The notes under the pieces are model-generated. The model saw only the letters and a program-made list of their open reading frames with translations, was not told the DNA's origin and ran no database searches. A stretch of DNA of 64,000 nt. Origin: Perna viridis. Its lineage: Eukaryota. This document shows positions 60,001-64,000 of the stretch, in pieces (within the stretch, counting starts at the first letter, position 1; each line of letters starts with the position of its first letter). The stretch covers positions 41,770,851 through 41,834,850 of the forward strand of contig CM074519.1 in assembly GCA_037379345.1 (NCBI GenBank). The letters run 5' to 3'. Both the position numbers and the translations under genes were made by a program.

Positions 60001-63000
60001 TACTTGGCGACTGATAAGTTTTATCCCTGCAGTTGTTGATCTGATTTTTTTATTTTTACCATCTAATCTGTGTAATTTTGCATTTAATTAAGTAGAGGTA
60101 TTCAACTACATTTGTAAATTTTGAAAGTCCAGTAGTGGCTACAATGTACAAAAAATTATATAACAGATAAAAAGTTAAAATGTTATTTCATGCTTGTCAG
60201 CCACAAGTACATGCATGTGACTAAGTCATGGAATACTAATGATATCACATAGTACAACATGGATTATCAGTTAATGAGTTGGCCTTCCATGAGATGTTTC
60301 TTTTATCTTGTACATCAATTTATTTGATCTTTAAATATCATGACATTATACAAGTTGACAAGAATTTATGTAAAAAAACAGATTTTTCAAGCTAACATAA
60401 AAAAGGACCTTGCAGAAAAATTAATGCCATTTTCATATCAAAATAAACTAATCTTTTTTTGCTTTTAAATTTGAATGGAAGACAAATCTGTTTAAGTGAG
60501 AATAAAATTATCTCATGTCCTACCCAAAGTCTAATAGTAGATGAAAGTGAAAGGTGAAAACGTGATTTTTTTAAAGAATTTATGTTGTTACATTGTATAT
60601 ATGGTAGAGTTATATCTATGTACATGTGACTTTTTATTGATTTATGGTGTAACATTGTAGACATTGTAGAGTTACATGTGATTTGTTATTGGCTAATTTT
60701 GTTACATAGTAGACATGGTAGAGTTACATGTGATTTGTTATTGGCTAATTTTGTTACATAGTAGACACGGTAGAGTTACATGTGATTTGTTGTTACATTG
60801 TAGACATGGTAGAGTTACATGTGTTGGCTAATGTTGCATTGTAGACATGGTAAAGTTACATGTGTTGGCTAATGTTGTTACATTGTAGACATGGTAGAGT
60901 TACATGTGTTGGCTAATGTTACATTGTAGACATGGTAGAGTTACAGAGTACCAGTGGATGGGTACCCCTACTGCTATGTCTCATGTATGAATATAATAGT
61001 CCACAATCTAAATGGAGACCATACCTCGACCTAGTACCTGATTTTAAGGAGTTGGACCTTCCAATGTTTTGGCCTAAGTAAGTAGTAGTATTTAGTCTAG
61101 ATTTAGGACATGCTCAGACCCTAACCAGACTTAAAGGAGTTGGACCTTCCAATGTTCTGGCCTTAGTAAGTTATAGTCTGTAGTTTAGATTGAGACCATG
61201 CCTAGATCTTTCCCTGGCTTTCAGGAGTTGAACCTTCCAATGTTTTGGCTTAAATAAATAAAAGTCTACAGTCTAGATTGAGACCATACCTAGACCTATA
61301 GTCCCTGGCTTTAAGGATTGAGACCTTCCTATGTGTGCCAAATAGTACATTAAGTCCTCTGTCTAGAAGGGAAGTATCAAAAACCTTTAAGATTTGGACC
61401 TTCCAATGCTCTAACTTAGTAAGAAATAGTCCTAGTTGAAAGGAGACCAAACCTAGATCATGTATAAATGTACCTTGATGGACCTTTGCGGCCTTCTTGC
61501 CTGAATGTGTTACAGTCTTCAGTCTAGATGGAGACCATATCTTTACCTTGTACTTGTACATTACTTAAAAAGATCTGGACCTTCCAGTGTCCTGGCCTAA
61601 TTAAATAATAAGATACAGTACATATGGATACTGTTTGAATGTGTAAATAATGGCAGGTGCTTGCAAGGTGAGACAGTCTAGAAACATGAAAAAAAATTCA
61701 CAGTTTTTGAATTTCTAGTCTTTGCCTGCATAAGATGAAGTTGGAACTTCTTTTTTTAGAGTCTTTAGAATGACAGTCTGGGCTTGAAACCACTACAGTA
61801 TGAAATAAGAAGAATATCTGGTGTTACAGTTTCCAAAGCAGCCACTGCTGGCATGGGACAAAAGGAAATGGCCGGTTTATAGGGGTGGCCGGTTTTGTGA
61901 AAAATAGCAATGCATTCTAAAGTTCTCTCCCTTTATGTGTTTTATAACCCTACACATTGTCAATTTGCTGGTCGAGACATGTTTAATTCCAATTAAAAAC
62001 TTTGGGCATTTTTATTACATTTAAAATCTTGCATCATTTGTTAATGATTTGATTTTACAAACTGTACTGCCAACAAAATAATGTTCATGGTTTAGGAAGA
62101 ATGTGAATTTAAAGATCAAAGGGCCTTTGATGGTAATTAATAATTCATTCTGTTTTAGTAAACTCCTGTCAATAATGTTTAATAATTTCACCTCTTTATT
62201 GTGTTGGCTTGGGACAGATCAAATTAATGGACAGTTTAAAGATGGCACTATTATATGACCCCGATTGCCTGATGTGTGTAAACATCAATAAACATCAGTG
62301 ACAAAATGTGATGTCTGGATTAAATTTGTTGATTGTCCACTTCAATTATCATCTGTTCACTGATGAAATACCGGTCAGTAAATGAATTATTAATAACGTA
62401 ATCATTTACTGTTTCGTTGACACATTTGTTACACATGTATTATAACCCATCTGCCGGAATTCAGAGGTTGCTTTACTTGAATTATGTAACTAAAACTGTG
62501 AAAAATTGGCCAATGTACAGTTTTGTGGGGTGGCCGGTCTATTGAAGACAAAACACACAGGTTTTAAGGTATATTGGCCAGGACTTTTGAAAAAGGTTGG
62601 TTTGAAGGGAAGACCAATTTTTTAAGGGTCCAGTTTGGAGAAGTTTCACGGTACATTGAATTCCTGATAAGATGAATGAAAGAAAGAAATTAAACAATTA
62701 AAGCTTCAGGAATATGCAGTTTACAGATTCCAAGGAAAGATAACCAATGTTTCAAGTGTACCCAGTGTGATTCTTTTTAATGTGTATTAAGTTGCCTGTC
62801 TCATTTAACTGTTCAAAGAAAAGAGAAAATATCTGGTAAAAACAAATTTCGTACAAAAAACCAACTGATTTCACTTACAGTTGGTGATGCATTAGTGACT
62901 TATATTATTGAGTACTTTTTTGGCTTGACTAAACTTAGAAAATATGTCCAAGTTTTTTTTTTTCAGAGACAAAAAAGAATGCATATTGAAAGGCACTGGT

Positions 63001-63601
63001 GTAATAGAAGCAGTGGACAAAGATATCAAAAATATATCAACAGAGTTTAATGAGGTTGTACTGCCATATGTCAACAAACACTTAGATCTGTTTGGGTTAG
63101 TGCTGTAAGATTACCATTATCTATGTTAACTAAATTAGCCCACTGAGACTACTGTACATGTATTTTCAAAATGTATCAGCAGGTTTTAATACAATAGAGA
63201 TGATAGATGTAGCTATAGATGGAACAAACTCCCTACTTTACCGGTAGATCATATCTTTTGATGTTGAAAAGATAACATTTCACATTTTAGTATGTAGGAA
63301 ACAATACACTTTTAAGTCTCTACAGCCTGAAAGTAAGAACCTGCAATACATGTAAAAGTCAATACTGGTCATACATGTACATTTTAGAAAGTGCTGTAAG
63401 AGTATGGAATTCTACAAACAGATGGTTGCCTTTGTGATGGCGTATAGTTTCACTGAGCCCCCTCCAGATGAATTTGAAGACAGCCCCCCACCAATGATGG
63501 TCCCTATGGCCGACATACTGAACCATGTGGCTAAAAACAATGCTCATTTATCCTTTGAAACAGATGCTTTAAAAATGGTGGCAATTAAACCAATCAAGAA
63601 G
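57010..63601 (+). CDS. SETD6: N-lysine methyltransferase SETD6 (5' part; continues beyond the window)
   Basis: Exons 57010-57150, 59467-59611, 60930-61077, 62967-63095 and 63388-63601 (259 codons, in phase). MSAPMKRP start; [29 protein letters not shown]; [14 protein letters not shown]...[22 protein letters not shown]; LKGTGV; [13 protein letters not shown]; [12 protein letters not shown] (SET-domain NH motif) as in SETD6. Confidence 0.9.
57139..57320 (+). repeat. About 90-bp direct duplication spanning the SETD6 exon 1 donor
   Basis: TTGAACTCTAAG(G)..ATCTTATTTTG..ATCATGGCACTTGTTTAAAAA..GTTATTAAGTCGCCGACCACGAAGTGGCGGTGACTTCT occurs twice. Confidence 0.9.
57962..58642. mobile_element. MITE with about 120-bp near-perfect terminal inverted repeats, in SETD6 intron 1
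   Basis: AATTATACTCGGCGTCACATAAATAAC...CATTCGTTTAG pairs with CTAAACGAATG...GTTATTTATGTGAGGCCGACTATAATT. Confidence 0.9.
60585..60945 (+). repeat. Tandem array of the SETD6 exon 3 acceptor plus exon start (about 35-52-bp units, about 8 copies)
   Basis: TTGGCTAATGTTACATTGTAG|ACATGGTAGAGTTACA repeated. The last copy is the functional junction (60929/60930). Confidence 0.92.
61000..61605 (+). repeat. Tandem echoes of the SETD6 exon 3 3' half plus donor (about 85-90-bp units, about 6 copies)
   Basis: The exon text TCTAAATGGAGACCATACCTCGACCT..TTTAAGGAGTTGGACCTTCCAATGTTTTGGCCTAA|GTAAGT recurs with increasing divergence up to about 61600. Confidence 0.9.
61794..62654. mobile_element. Tc1/mariner-like non-autonomous element remnant
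   Basis: TACAGT...ACGGTA ends and repeated GGCCGGTTT..AGGGG subterminal motifs. Confidence 0.4.
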
Positions 63602-64000
63602 GTAATTTTGTAATTCCAACAATGTTGAACTTATAATTTCAAACTTAGCATAATTTCAAACTTAGCATATGCATTGCCTCCATTTTAAGTGAATTTGATG
63701 ATTTCTATGATAAATCATTGCATGTTGCCATATTTGAGTAATAATACATCTAGCCTGGCAAACAGTGACAATTTTGAACCAGAAATGTAAATGATATTTT
63801 TTGCACAAGTTATATCTAATTTTGTGGTTTACCAAACCCATTTAATCCATGAACAATGATACTTTCACAGTAACACCAATTTTGAACTTTTGACAGAATA
63901 TCAGATCTCCACCTTTCTTTTTCAATGTGAAACATTCTGTTGAATTCAAAACTTGTGTTATTCTATGTGTATCATTTACTATCTGTGTCTTCACGACAAA

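Overview
AT-rich, intron-rich animal genomic DNA, not prokaryotic. The repeat families and gene content look like a bivalve mollusc, possibly a mytilid (inference). Five spliced protein-coding genes can be assembled by hand with GT-AG boundaries and consistent reading-frame phases. (1) WD40-repeat gene A, minus strand, 18264 to <798, with its 3' end off-window. (2) A WSCD-family sulfotransferase lacking WSC domains, minus, 21572-19638. (3) A secreted, 6-exon cyanophycinase-like peptidase (MEROPS S51), minus, 37152-28842. (4) WD40-repeat gene B, a complete paralog of A with the same exon phases, minus, 56716-40811. (5) SETD6, plus, 57010 to >63601, head-to-head with gene B. Introns and intergenic DNA are filled with MITEs, Helentron-like non-autonomous elements, SINEs, Penelope-like RT fragments and minisatellites. 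There is a 177-N assembly gap. The most striking unexplained pattern is that at least eight splice junctions in four genes are flanked on the intron side by tandem 'echo' copies of the junction itself (exon end plus donor, or branch point plus acceptor plus exon start). Other highlights are the bacterial-type cyanophycinase in an animal, with an intact catalytic triad but altered specificity residues, and a conserved RNA structure in the 3' tail of a Penelope-like element. Most ORFs in the supplied track are spurious. All calls are by eye; no searches were run.
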